Shown: positions 1 through 15,309 of the stretch, piece by piece | How positions within the stretch are numbered: position 1 is the stretch's first letter | How the letters are laid out: each line of letters starts with the position of its first letter | Position numbers and translations under genes: made by a program | Origin: Tubiluchus corallicola | Taxonomy: Eukaryota > Animalia > Priapulida | Direction of reading: 5' to 3' | DNA length: 64,000 nucleotides | NCBI GenBank assembly: GCA_030141605.1 | Contig: JAQGDQ010000016.1 | Span: forward strand, 932,282 to 996,281 | Notes under the pieces: generated by a model | What the model saw: only the letters and a program-made list of their open reading frames with translations | The model's database searches: none | Told to the model about the DNA's origin: nothing

Positions 1-20
1 AAACTTAATTCAAGTCCTTT

Positions 21-3000
21 ATGGCAAAATTTCCTTGTTCGTTTTGTAACCATGAATGCAAGCCGACTCAATGTGCTATTCAATGTAATATTTGTCTCTG
101 TTGGAGGCACTTAAAATGTTCAACGTTGTCCCTTTTAGAATTTCGTAATTTAGGCAATAGTAGTGAGCCTTACTACTGTATAAACTGTATTAACATTTTA
201 CTTCCATTTCAGGGCTGCGATGAAGAGGACTTCTCAACTATCTTCAGCACGAGTGTTTCTACTATAAGCTTATCTACTTATACTAATCTTTCTTCATTTC
301 TGTCACCCATATGTGAAGATTCTCAAGATCTTGATAATTATATAGTACAGTACTCTAGTAAGTATTATTCTTTAGATGCACTAAAACATGACACCAAATT
401 AAAAAACAATACAAATGATTTTTGCTTTGTGCACATGAATGCACGCAGTCTTGGCCGCTATTTTGGTGAGGTGCTTGAAACAGTGGATCATTTTCAAAAT
501 CCTCCGGACATCGTAGCTATTTCAGAAACAAGATTACATGAAAATACACCCTTTTTCTACAATATACCAGAGTACATTTTTCTTAGAAAAGATTCGCTTA
601 CTGCTGCAGGTGGGGTAGGTCTATATATTAAAAAAAATCTTGAATTTAAATTAAACTTATTGAACTTAAATCTTGAACTTATTAATGAAATTCAGTTTAA
701 CTGCGAAAAATATACATCCAACTTACCTCACACTGTTAGCAGAATAGCTGTAGAGGATTTATGGGTCGAGATAAAAACATCAAGAAATAAAGCACCTATA
801 CTATTTGGCGTCGTGTACAGGCACCCCAACAAATCTGTCAGTCATTTTAATAAAGAAATGGAAAAGATCTTAAACTTTATCAATTCGTCAGGTAGGACAG
901 CTTTTATTTGCGGGGACATGAATATTAATTTACTTCAACATGAAGACATTTCTTCAGTTGCCAACTATATAAATATGTTGTTCTCAAATAGGTTTCATCC
1001 AGTTATCACTCAACCAACTCGCATTACTAACAACTCACAAACTTTAATTGATCATATTTATACTAATGAGTTTCAAAATCCCATCACTGCTGGCATCATT
1101 CAGTATGAAGTGGCTGACCATCTGCCTATCTTTGCAATTGTTAACTCTTCCTATGCATGCAAAAGTAAGTCTCAAATACAAATAAGAGATACTAAAAGAT
1201 TTATTCCTGCGAATTTTCTGAGCGATTTGGGACATTCACTTTCTAATATTTTCAATAGTCAACTTAATGTAAATAATACTTTTTCCCATTTCTTGGAATC
1301 ATTTGAAACCACCCTTAATAAACATGCCCCGATTCGAACACTTAGTAAAAGAGAAACAATATCCTTTCGAAAACCCTGGATAACACCCGGAATTTTAAAA
1401 TCAATCAGAACTAGAAGCAAGCTCTATAAATCTCACAAACTTTCTCATTTGCTTTACAAAAAGACTTATTATAAGACTTATTCAAATAAACTAAATCACG
1501 TTAAACAAAAATCTAAAAGAGAATATTATGACCATTTATTTGCTGTAAACAAAAATAATATTAAGAAGCAATGGAGTACGATTAACAGCCTACTGAAAAT
1601 TAAAAGTAAAACACAAGTTGCCCCTTCCTATTTAGATAACAATGGTCATACAACAAGTGACTATCTCTCTATTGCTAATGCATTTAATAAATTCTTCCAG
1701 TCTGTAGGTAGTAATATGGCCAATAAAATCCCACCCACTTTGAAGACCTACCAATCATTCTTAAATGCTCCAAATGATAAATCTGTCTTCTTTTATCCTA
1801 TCTCTGAACTTGAAATATTGTTGTCTCTTAATAAACTTAAAGGAAATAAATCACCTGGCCCAGAAAATGTCCAGGTCAAATTTTACAAATTAGCAACTGA
1901 TTTAATTGTCCCAGTTCTTTCTCGATTGTTTAATATGGCAGTTTCTGAAGGAACCCTTCCTAATTGTCTAAAAGTAGCTAAAGTCAAACCACTTTATAAA
2001 AATGATTCGCCAAACAACCTATATAATTATCGTCCAATTTCTCTACTGTCACCAGTTTCCAAAATTTTTGAAAATATTATTTGTAATCGCATTAACAATT
2101 TTCTCACTTCATGTAATATACTAACAAAATTTCAGTTTGGTTTCGCAAAACTTACTCCACTTCGTTAGCTATTTCCGAATTTGTTGAAAATATGCTTCTA
2201 AATTTAGACAAAAAACTTTTCACCTGTGCAATATTCTTAGATTTATCTAAAGCTTTTGACACACTCCAGCATGATATTCTACTACATAAATTACATTATT
2301 ATGGCATCACAGGCCCTGTCTTGGAACTCCTTAAATCTTATTTAACTAACTGACAACAGTTCACCACTATTAACAATACATGCTCTGATTTGCTAGATAT
2401 AAACTGTGGTGTACCTCAAGGATCAACTCTTGGGCCGCTGCTTTTCCTGATCTATATCAATGATCTACCTCTTGCTACTAATTTTAACACTCGTCTTTTC
2501 GCTGATGATACAAGTCTCTTCCTCAAATCTAATAACCTTTCAACTTTACAACATCGCACTAACAACGAACTAAAAAAGATTGATGCCTGGATGAAAGCAA
2601 ATAAATTAACTGTTAATTACACTAAAACTAAGTATATATTAATCAGTAGGAACCTTTCACAACAAGACTCTTCCACTTTCGAACTCAAAATTGGCGACAT
2701 AATTTTAACACAAAGTAGTAGTATAAAATACCTTGGATTGCATATTGACAACAATATGAAGTGGTCTACCCATATTTCCTCTACAGCAACAAAACTAAAC
2801 AAAACAGCTAGTATTTTTGCAAAGTTAAGACATTTTATTAATTTGCCTGTTTTGAAAATGATCTACCATGCATTAGTCTATCCGTACCTCCAATACTGTG
2901 TGTTGTCATGGTGGGAAACAAAAAATACTTATTACAACCACTAATAACAGTTCAGAATAAAATAGTTAAATACACGACTTTCGCCAATTACAGAGACCAT

Positions 3001-3342
3001 GCAACACCATCGTACATACACCTTAGTTTATTGAAAATAGAAGATATTTATAATCTCGAATTATTTAAATTCATGTATAAGTATAATAACCGGCAGTTGC
3101 TTGAATTATATACTAACTACTTTACCTTAATCAAAGATGTTCACTCTCACTATACTAGGTCTTCAAGTATGGGACACTATTTTCAAACACGATTTAACAC
3201 AGCATATGGCTTAAATACCTTACAGCACAGTGGAGTTATTTTGTGGAATAGTGTACCCAATACAATCATTTCCTCTCTCTCTTTACAAATAGCTACCAAA
3301 CAATATAAGATATTTTTACTTAGTAAATATTCATTGGCGTAG
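21..3342 (+). pseudogene. LINE PHD-APE-RT polyprotein with three inactivating lesions
   Basis: 1-nt deletion at ~2141-2143 (QFGF then RKTYSTSLAI continues in another frame); in-frame TGA at 2351-2353 in YLTN*QQ (probably CGA>TGA); second frameshift at ~2908-2915; terminal stop at 3340-3342. Confidence 0.9.
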
Positions 3343-3489
3343 AAAACCAGAGCTTTTTTCTCTTTTTGTGCACGTGTGTCTTTTTGCACTAATGTTTTTC
3401 TTTTACTAATGGGTACCATTATGACCTTTGTTACTTTATTAGTAAAAGGTATAAATCAATTTAAATGAAATTATTCATTCATCGCAGCC

Positions 3490-3641
3490 TATATCAAAAT
3501 CATAATTACATATTATGTTTCCTTGCCATTATTACATCATTTACTTTATTTCAAAATTATTTCAATATTTATATCAAAATCGTAATTCCATATTATATTT
3601 TCCTTATGTTTCCTTGCTATTATTACATCATTTACTTTATT
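3490..3641 (+). repeat. Two-copy ~80 bp imperfect tandem duplication in the LINE 3' UTR
   Basis: TATATCAAAATC(A/G)TAATT(A/C)CATATTAT...TTTCCTTGC(C/T)ATTATTACATCATTTACTTTATT starts at 3490 and again at 3570. Confidence 0.85.
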
Positions 3642-5977
3642 ACATCAATTTCATTGAGTCATCTACAAAAGCACGCATAACTTTAATAATTTTTTCATTT
3701 TCATTTAAGTAAGGTGAGTGTGTTAATGACCGTATGGTCGTACACTCACCTCACACTACTCAAATCATTTTATTTATTGTTTATTTATGTGTACAATATT
3801 GTATTTTGATGTGTGAAATAAAATTCATAGTTCATAGTTTAAAAAAAGAGATATTAAAGATTAAAGACCACCAAAAATTGCAAATGCCTTATTTTGCTCA
3901 GAGCCATTCCCTTAGGCAGTCCTGCCCGATGTCAAATGCAATACACTACCCTATCTGTTTGACTTCATTTCTACCTTAATTATCACATTTACTACTCAAT
4001 TTATGTTTATACACTTTTCTACTTATGATTTACACTTAGTCTTAAGTATAGTACTAGTAGTAGTACATTCCCGAAAGTCGGAACGTTAGAGAAAAAATAA
4101 ATTTGATTTTGCATACAAAGTGCTGCTTTAACAAACAAAAGTGTACCATTACGCAAAAAGCAACTTGAAAACTCCGATAGTTATACCTAACTATAAGTAA
4201 ACACACAATACTGTATTTTAGAAAAATAACCTATTTTCTCATTTTTAACTCTTAAGAATGTACTGCCATCTTTAACAGCGCATGGTTAAAATTCATAACA
4301 CTGTGTCAGGGCGCATCATCATCCAACATCGTGACACACGTACACACCCAGCAATTTTCACGACACTCAGCACTAACAAGTAATAACCAGTCAGTCAGAC
4401 AGTGACAACTATTGAACTTAGAGTCCAGAAACTGAGGCAACAATATGCAATGAGTACGGATAGAATAAATGCTGTATCTGTAGGTTGTGAGACATATTGT
4501 GTACTGTCCAATCATACAAGGGAAATGTACCCGTAGTATAATAGTCTTAAAGGAAAGACTACGTTTCTCTGATGAGCTTCTTGTGTAACTTGTAAAATCA
4601 ATTTAAAGTCGTGATCACTTCACACTTGGGCGTATTCATTTGAATGAAAAATGGTGCCACGTGGTTAACGTACTATGTAATATCTTATCTCGCCAGGTGC
4701 TGGCTGCAATTCCAAAACATTAAACTAATGATTATTAACACTATTTCTTTGCTATTGGTCAATCTTGTTATCCACCGTGTAATCAAAAACAATAATTATT
4801 ATAGTAACCTAGTATTAACTATTAACCCCGACAAAGTAATAAAATAATTATTTTAAAAAGCTAAAACCGAACACTGTAAACTAAATAACCTGCCTGCCAT
4901 CCACTGTATGCTTGCAGAATTGTACGCTTATTTGAAAATCAACAGAAATCTTCAAATTAATTATTTACGCATTATAATGTACTTGTGCATTTAAGGTATA
5001 ATCCTGGGATTAAAAAGTTAATACGTGAGCACTTCAAAATTGTTGCTAATTGATCCGATGGCTAATTTTTACATAAGCACCATTAGATGCAACGCAAAAA
5101 TGGCAGATATTCTGAGTTAGATGCAAAAGGTTTGCTACATGCACCTCCGCAGCATTCACTCTGTCCAAAAGGTTATGTAATTTTTTCAAATACATGCCAC
5201 AACGCGTTTGGCATGAGATAAAGAAATCATTCATATTTCTTTTGCATTTTCAACAAGCTCATTTTGTAGGCTATAGTGTATGGTAATTTAAAAAATTTTA
5301 TTAGTGTGTGAAACACAATCAATGTTAATTGTTGGAGATTTGATTTTTCCATTACTCTTGCATGATAAATTAAACCTCACTTTTGAGAATTTTGTTTTTA
5401 CATTTTTAAGGTTATTAATAACACAGATAATTTCGTTTAATTTTAGTGAACGTGGCTACAAATTTTTAAAATGTCAACATTCTTTTGCGGTCGAATGTCC
5501 AGTCCTTCAGTTGACCTATGACCAAAGAAAAACGCTTCAATTGGGCCACATAAAAATAGCATATAGCCTGCTTTTCAGTTTGTGGTCTCTCCGATTGCTT
5601 GATTTTACTTACTCTGCTAAAGGCTTTAGCTTATCCCTGCCAGAATGTACTCAGTGCCTTGCTCAGAAATGGATATTGCTTTGTTGTTGACATGGGAGGC
5701 ATGTAACATACTGTTTCAGAATGTATTGCTCTTCTGCTGTGACCAAACACCATTATAGTATCACTGAATGTCTCTTCTGCTTTGAAACTTTACAACAAAT
5801 TCCTAAAGAGTTTACTGGCATTACACTAGCTACTTTCTCCCAAACTGCATAAATTTTTCGGTGCTTCTCACAACGTGGGTAATATGTCAGGGCAATCGTT
5901 GTACCTTAGCAAAAATGTAATAGTATTTTATATCATTATTGCATTTCTGTGGATATACTGTTAGTATAAACACAAGA

Positions 5978-7737
<1,760 letters not shown>

Positions 7738-9084
7738 TAGTCGAGTCTTATTATGCAGGGACTAAGCCAGTTAGCCTTGCTTTAAGACAAATGTTCAAGA
7801 AAAAATATTTATGAAAGTCTCTTTCGCCTTTGATACATTGAACTCGTTTTCTGCGAATTTTTTCTACATTTTTCTACATTAGCTGATTGATCATGTAGTC
7901 GTTCGCATACTTTTATCCACTTTTTGCATTTTTCCAGTTGTTTGCTAGCTAGGCTACCGAAATAGAATGAATTTGATTGTTCTGTTCAGCAAACAATCTT
8001 GCCCGAGTTACATAAGTCCAAATGGCACTTTTAACCTCGATTATAAGAAGAAAAGTAGCGTAAAATTTACTATTTCAGGATTACTAATATCACATTGATA
8101 TAATATAAATTTTGACCACGTTTCAATTAAGAAGACATATTTTATTTAATTTCGACCATGAGGATTTTATTGAGGTTTATAAAAAACTGGCCAGGAAAGA
8201 AAACATTGCCAGAAAATTTCTGTAAACATTTTGCCTAAATGTGGTTTCTATGAGTGTGCTCACATACCCTATAATCCTGACAGTTGTCGCGGATTTCTGT
8301 GGATGAGTTCAGCTCTGAGGCCGGGACTTAATTATTACTGAGTAGGTTTTACATGCTTGTTAACTTTGCATCATTTATACATGCTAACTCGGGCTTTAAT
8401 ATGAAGTTGTAAATTTCATCGTTGTTTCAATTCAGATATTTGACATGTGCAATCATCAAAGCAGCATCATAATATTATGACCCACATATTTGTCTTTTTA
8501 ACCAGCTAATCAAATAGTTATCTTTATCTAACTTGCAAAGCTATAAATGAAACTAAACAGCGTGTTTTATTAATAACAAAATCAGTAACTCATAGAAGCA
8601 AGTGTTGCATATTTCTTCCTATAAAAAAGGAAATTAAACACCAATTCATAATGTCTTAAGTGCACAGAGGAGCATGTAAAACAGCAATGCTATATAAAAC
8701 TTAAGAATTAGTTTTAAAGACAATTAGCTGCAGCAATTTAATCTCTTGTCAATAAAATTAATAATACATTTTTGGAGAGCTAGTGATGTTTTTCTTTTTT
8801 GGTGCACACTAGGATAGTGAAACAGTGAAGTTTATTAGCTGGCGCAACATTTTAAATTTTTAAAAATTTTCTTTTTCAAACAGATAAGCGTAATGTTTAA
8901 TGTTTGAGTAATATAATAAAAAATTATCTTTGTATGGAAGGGTTTGGGAGAAATACTGTAAAATTCCTTTTTTTCCACTTTAAGATAGTATTGCCCTGAA
9001 AATTCCAGTCATGGATGTCAAGTCATAGATGCTTCCTGATGGCTGCTCTACTTTTGTATTCGTGGTGGCGAAAAATGTAACAGC

Positions 9085-9406
9085 AATTCTCATTGGCCAG
9101 ATTATTTCACCTCTGGACTTCCTAACCAATAACTTCCATGGTAAATAGAGCGTATGAATACCGAACTATGTTCGCCATCGATTCGATCAGTGTTACTTGG
9201 CTTGTCGTAAGTGTTGTAGGTTGTTGTGTTTTTGAGACTTGCAGAACTTTGAAATAATTATATTAGTTATTTAAATGTTAGTAACACGGTTTTGTTTTGC
9301 CTTATGCAAAAACTTGAATTTTCTTTTCAGAACAAGACTTGTCATACTGGAGTCGAGGAAAGCAGAGTTACAAGTTACCTAGGACGGATCTTTCGGATAC
9401 AGTACT
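9085..9406 (+). promoter_or_regulatory. Putative vigilin promoter and two non-coding 5' exons (ending 9206; 9331-9406)
   Basis: CCAAT boxes (ATTGG ~9092, CCAAT ~9126), TCAGT Inr-like motif ~9187, donor GTAAGT at 9207, acceptor TTTTCTTTTCAG ending 9330, donor GTGAGT at 9407. Sequence becomes T-rich on + downstream. Confidence 0.55.
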
Positions 9407-10319
9407 GTGAGTAGGACTACATTCACGATCTATTTTTCGTGATGTACACGTATTGTATGTAAGATTTGTTTTAGGATTCTAATTTTACACTTTCATTTTT
9501 AGTTGCTTTCTCGATTATTTTGTTAATTTTTATATTTTTGCTTGGCTAGCTATTGCGTATTGGACTTGTATTTGATGAGGGCGTTTTTGCTTTGGATAGG
9601 AGAAAAATGATGCTAAACCGTTAACTGTAACTTATAAAACCATTCGTGACTACAACGGAAATTAAATACTTTATATTATTGTGTTTATCCATTTGCTCAC
9701 TAAGTAGTCTTCTTCGTCCCCTCACCCAGTTGGTTTTACCAGTTACCAAAATAATGCTGTTAGTGTTAACTTCTTGCTTATGCACAATATTTGCATTGTA
9801 GCTAGCATAAGGGAATATTTTTAAAAAAGTAAAAGTTGCTACTACTACAGATTACTGGAACTTTTGCAATATCGTCATCAGTTTTACTGTCACAACTATC
9901 AATGCCACCACCATAGATCAGCTGCTATTGACACCCCATTTTCACTGTTGCTGCTGCCACTTGTAGCATGACTTTGTACCACCATTTTCATCAGCATCAA
10001 CTTCATCATGTCTACAATTCAAGTGTAATTTTCATTTTGTGTGGTGTAATTCGAAGCGTCTTGCAAAATGTAAGGTAGAAAATAAAAGTCACAATACAAC
10101 AGACTGTAGTGCACATTCAGTAAAACCAGCAATCTTTTCTAACTATGTTTTGCTCACATTTTTGGCTATAGGCATTTTGTGGCCTAGATATTAATTTTTT
10201 GGTCAACAGAGGACAGCACCACTGTTTATTTTCAGTAGCCTGGTTCATGAATTGTGCCTGGTGTGTGTAGGTATCATTGCTATTAGCGTAGGTGTCAGTT
10301 AATTGGCATATTAAGCATG

Positions 10320-11560
10320 ACTGTACAGTCTCATCATACAGGGCAGTGAAGTGATTAAGGGTCTTGATGGTGCTGAAATTTTCAGATACAAAAATTATTA
10401 AAAAATGCACTATTCTGTTAAATACCAGTCTCTTCTCAATTTTGCCTCTCTCCTCACAGCAGAAAAGTGTTTCTTGTATTAAATTTGATGTGTTATACAA
10501 TATGTCAAATAGTTCATTTGCATGGCAAACTTCTAGTCCTGCTCTCAGAGCTTATTTTCAAATTTATTTGTATATAATAATAACCATATATGGTCTTGGC
10601 ACCATCATTCATGTTATCTCTAAATTTGTATCTATAGGCCTGCAGTAAAGTTTCAGGTTTTGTATATTGATATCATTCCTATAAAATGACAATCATACTA
10701 TATTCTACACTCCGATACTTATGTCTAGCTAATGTAGGTAAAATAGTGTTTTATAATTCCCACTATTTTATAGTATACGTTCAGTATAGAGTTCAGTTCA
10801 TTGTCATCATTTGCTCCTAGTGCTAGAGCTTTCTTGTTTATATTTTTCACTCACTTGTATTACATCCTACTAGTCATTCATAAGATGATTGGTGAGGATT
10901 ATGGTACCTTACCTACTTACATCATTTTGCATTTTTCAGTATTGAATTTTTGGCAGATTATTGAACTTTAAGCACATTCTTTAAGTTATGTAAATGCCTG
11001 TAATTTCTCCCAATCAGTTTCACTGAATAATAACTTTAGCATTTCCTACAAACAGTTTGATCCTACTCTGTAGTACATTTGTTGCAGGATTAGGTAGAAA
11101 ATAAATGCCGAGACCCAGCTTTATGGGATGCCTGATTAAAATGGCAACAAATTGGAGAAATTGTTGTTTCCGACAAAATCTGTCATTCTGACAATTGTTT
11201 CTAGCAAAGCACCATAATCAATCATTTTAGTCCAGAAATCTAGAACATTTATTATCAAAGAGCTTTGTCGAATGGTTTCTATGAAGCTGTATTGCATTCT
11301 TTACAGTCATTTGTATCACATAGGGAAAATTTTGTTCAGTGCTTTTTGTAATAAGTCACTAGCTCCTTGTGTCTTTTTTGTTTCCTTTCTTGTAGATCAA
11401 CAAAATTTAACTTTCAGTCACCGGACAGCATGTTTTTTTCTTGTTTCTTTTGGGAACCTCGACTTGGTTGATTTCCAAATCATTTGTCAATGTTTTCTCT
11501 CAATGTTTTGTCTCCTCTGGAACAGTCTTCAGTCAGCTTACTGCTAGTGTATTTGTAAAA
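10320..11560 (-). mobile_element. Decayed 3' half of a CR1-type LINE
   Basis: Minus-strand remnants in the expected order: ILLIYKKGNKKD, SGIP (cf. SGVPQGS), IKLFVGNAK (cf. LFADDTK), KFNTEKCKMM, KIVGIIKHYFTY, FNRIV...TLNHF. Confidence 0.7.
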
Positions 11561-14202
11561 TAGCTTCAGATTTTGCTTGACATCTTTATGTGGTATAATG
11601 TACACTTTTTGATTGTCGACAGATAATAATCTTACACTTACACTTTTCAACACCTGGTTCTTTTACATGCATGTACATTTGGAGAGCTGTAAATTTGATG
11701 ATACTTAGAGATAATTACAGGTTAGTTCTAATGTCCCAAAAATTCTATAATAGAAAGTTTTCACAACCCTTACTGTAAACACGAATTTGATTTTTTAAAG
11801 CTTTTCAGTAATACATATTGCACCTCATTTTACTGCAGAGCTCTGTAATGATCAGAATTGACTTCTCGTTATTGGCAAGACAAAAGTGGGGATGCTGCGG
11901 ACTCAAACTAAATTGCTACTGACTGAAATTTTTTTCCAATTTGAGCTAAATGACTACAATGTTCCTTTAAATATTTGTAATTTGGAATAAGTACTTTTGT
12001 TTGTTTGAGTTACTACTCAGCTACTTTTACTTCAAATTATGGAATAAATGGTTCACTGTTCTCTATCTGAAAAGAGTACTCTGACAGCTCTCAACTGGTC
12101 TAACTCTTGCTGCAAATTAATAAAAGTTTGTGTTTTCCAATCCTGTCTGGGCATCCTTTTTATAAGCAAGTAATCCCAATAATTTTTGATGCTTGTTTTT
12201 GTGCCATCCATAGGAACTTCATCCGAAGATGGAAGAAGTACAAGTTAGACCCAAAGTCCCATTTCTTATTAACGACTTACAGCATATAGATTTAGTTGCT
12301 AAAGCAAAAGTGCCTGTTTTTATATAGCTTTGTAACATTCTACATTGGTGTGCTAAATTTTATTGAATTAGTAAATTTTTATTGATTGTTCACATATTTT
12401 AGTAATTCTCATGTAGCAATTATCAAGTCATTCTGTTTTGCATAAATCACAATTATGCTGTGAGGAGTATTGCATACTGAAGTACCATGCATCCTATTTC
12501 TTCCTGGTATAAACATTTAGCAAAAAAAATTAGGAAATGCAAGTTTTCGATCTGACATGCTCTCTTTGTGGGCTTTTGTTGGAGCACATGACTTGCAAAA
12601 TGAACTGCTAGCAAGATTATGCTTTAAGTGACTGTCTTTTTTGACATTTTTCATGTTTATTTGCTAGGACAAGTGTTCTTAGCCTTGAAAATTAGTTCTT
12701 GGCATCTATAACGTCACAAATGTTTCGTAATTAAAGTTCTGTTTCCTTAAAAGAAGTGAAATTCCTCGTTAGCAATCAGTTACATTCAACAAAAGATCTC
12801 AGTCATGATAATGGTGAGTCTCATTAATTCCGTGCAATGTATAAGTCTGCTTGTTCGTGCTTTCCAATTAGTTGTACTATATTTTAAAGACACCATTAAA
12901 AAGCTTGGATGATAAGTTATTACAATCCGTTTGCTTACTATAAAAAGTTTTTAGCCTATTTCCCATACTTTTATAGCCTCTTCGGACGTCTGTAGTGGGG
13001 TCACAAACCTGGATTTTTACTGGCGAGACTAGTGTAGTTAATCTCAGAAGTTTTGCAATTAGTGTAAAATCAGCAAAACACTTGAGAGAAGCATCATTTA
13101 GTAATATAGTTTATAATGCGGAAAAGTTGCAAACACGAGACTCTGTAAGTTTTTAAGAGGCAACTTCGTATATCGGGTTTGTTTTTGTTTATTTTTTCTC
13201 GATAGTATTTTTAGTATTTGTGTTTCTTCTAACATTTAAAAGGTTCTCCAGCATTTTCCCGGAGACTGTGAATGTTAGGTTGAGATGAAAGTTTGAGAGT
13301 CAGAGTTATAAGCTCTTAGCTGGCACCAACTTGAAAGCATACAATCCTCTTAAGGCGCATTTATTGCCCTTTCTTATCTCGCTGGGACAGGTTACCATTT
13401 GCATTATATATTTTGCCTAGTTTTCTGAAAGCCTGCTGTGCTTTAAGATAAGCATTAAGTACTTAAAGCGAACTGTATTAAGTGTACTTGCAATAAGTAC
13501 GATGTTTAATTAATACAGCCTAAACGAATGGAATTAGTCGGTTCTTTTCTTCTTTTCAATGCATAAAAGAATTTGCTATCATTCGATTGTAAGTAGTAAA
13601 AACTCGAGCAACTGCCACTATTTGGGGCTTCCCCTGTGCTTTTAAATTATACGACAGTATGGGTCGTGATTTTCTTATTTCAGACCTGCATGGCGCTGAT
13701 AAAATTGTTTGTTGTCGCTTGATATCTGGGCGACAATTCTGATTAGGTTTTTTAATCGCCATTTGATGTGGTCTGGCTGAACATCTGTGAACACAGTCAC
13801 AACAGAAAGCTTTGAGCTCCAAAGCTGCCATTTATTTTTGAGAATAACCCATTAAGGCCTCTGCTTTGCATTCTTTCATAATATAATTACGTAATCTTTA
13901 TAGAATTGTAGTTTTGTGAGTGATTTTGAGTAGGAACTACAGAAATACCTTTTGTGCCTAAGTATGATGATGATGGTGGTGGTGGTGGTAACCATGTACA
14001 ATTAAAACCCTTTTAATTTCCAACCAATATTTGTTTTTTTTTACTTTTTATGTGTTTTATAAAAGAATAACGCCTATAATTTTGTAGATTTAAAGGCAGT
14101 AAAATTGGGTCTGTCTATTGCTAAATGTACGTACCCTTTTTGTATAGTTTGTACAGCGTTTATTGCACAATTGTCCCTGTATCAGTAAGGCGTAGGCAGA
14201 AC

Positions 14203-14267
14203 AAGTCTATACCAAAATGTTATTTGTATAGTAAAGTCTATACCAAAATGTTATTTGTATAATAAAG
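14203..14267. repeat. 31-bp tandem duplication
   Basis: AAGTCTATACCAAAATGTTATTTGTATA(G/A)TA occurs at 14203 and 14234. Confidence 0.95.
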
Positions 14268-15309
14268 CAGCACTATCTAGTTCTGTATAATTATAATAAT
14301 ATTATAATATCCGTTTTTATCGTCAGTATGCCCAAAGAACATTATGCAGGAATAGACTTGTCATCAAATGACAATATTATAGCAGGTACAGCAGACCTGC
14401 TGTCTCCATATATGTATATACTACATACCTTTGGAATTGTGCTTGAGATTATCTTGAAGATACATATATACCTGACAGATATCCGTCATATTATTACCCT
14501 GAATGAATAGGCCTAGTCAGCATTAATGTTTTAGCCTTTTATTACGGTATCACTAACCTACGTGTAACAACTGTTTTAGTACTAATAAACGCGATATTAA
14601 AATCTGAAATTAGGTAACTGTTCCATGTGCCACAACCAGGCTCATTATTACTGAATTTACTACCAAAAAAAAAACTTTTAAAGTTGCAAGTTTCTATAAG
14701 ATTTTCTATCATTTAGTTAAATTTTTCAAAGCTTAACACATATCAGACGATAACCTGCGGGCTCTAAATCTATACATGTATGAGCTTTAACATTTAAATT
14801 TTCGTTATTTTTCCATGTCTTGGCGAAAGTCTACAAACCAGTTTCATCAATTAACTAATCAATTCTTACAATGTAGAATTTAAAAAAGCGTATTGTCAAT
14901 GTTTACAATTGCGGGCCCGATGAGTGCAGAAACAAATTGGGTATCACAATGAAATTGAGTTTCTCTTGCAAATTCTACGCTCTGCACCGTGTTTTACCTC
15001 GTGAAAACCCGTTTTACGAGCTGAGAGTAAACTTAAATTTCAGACTTTAACCCCTTCGTCTTTTCCTCGGCAGCAGTTCCAGGCTCAGTAACAGCTGGTG
15101 CAAACGTGTGCGCGCTACTGCAAAGTGCTATGTTGCTACGGGCCTACAGTCTGCAACTTACCAGGCTATCACCCTTCTGTAGTACTAGTAGTACAGGCTA
15201 ATTATGGATTGCTGCATATGAGTCATTTCAAAAGACTGTTAAGAAACAAACTGCAGTAATTAACTAGTTTATTGTACTCACAAATAAATCTGTGAGGGTA
15301 ATTTCCAGT

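Larger units (their letters stand above)
21..3840 (+). mobile_element. CR1/L2-group non-LTR retrotransposon (LINE), near full length, disabled
   Basis: ORF with PHD finger (CSFC..C..CNIC..H..C..CINC), AP-endonuclease motifs (HMNARSL, AISETRL, GGVGLYIK, VYRHP, CGDMNI, TLIDHIY, ADHLPI) and RT motifs (NYRPISLL, FLDLSKAFDT, GVPQGSTLGP, LFADDT, KYLG). 3' end has AATAAA followed by (TTCATAG)2 and an A-run near 3817-3847. Confidence 0.95.

Noticed and set aside
2351-2353. In-frame TGA in the LINE as selenocysteine or programmed readthrough
   Set aside because: The position corresponds to a conserved Arg (NRQQ), consistent with CpG decay, and the copy also has two frameshifts.
8262-8340. Minus-strand exon-like segment with a GTATGT donor
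   Set aside because: Stops in all three frames and no partner exons found.
11089-11200. TTGCAG acceptor as a vigilin 5' UTR exon
   Set aside because: Lies inside the antisense CR1 fossil, with no convincing donor.
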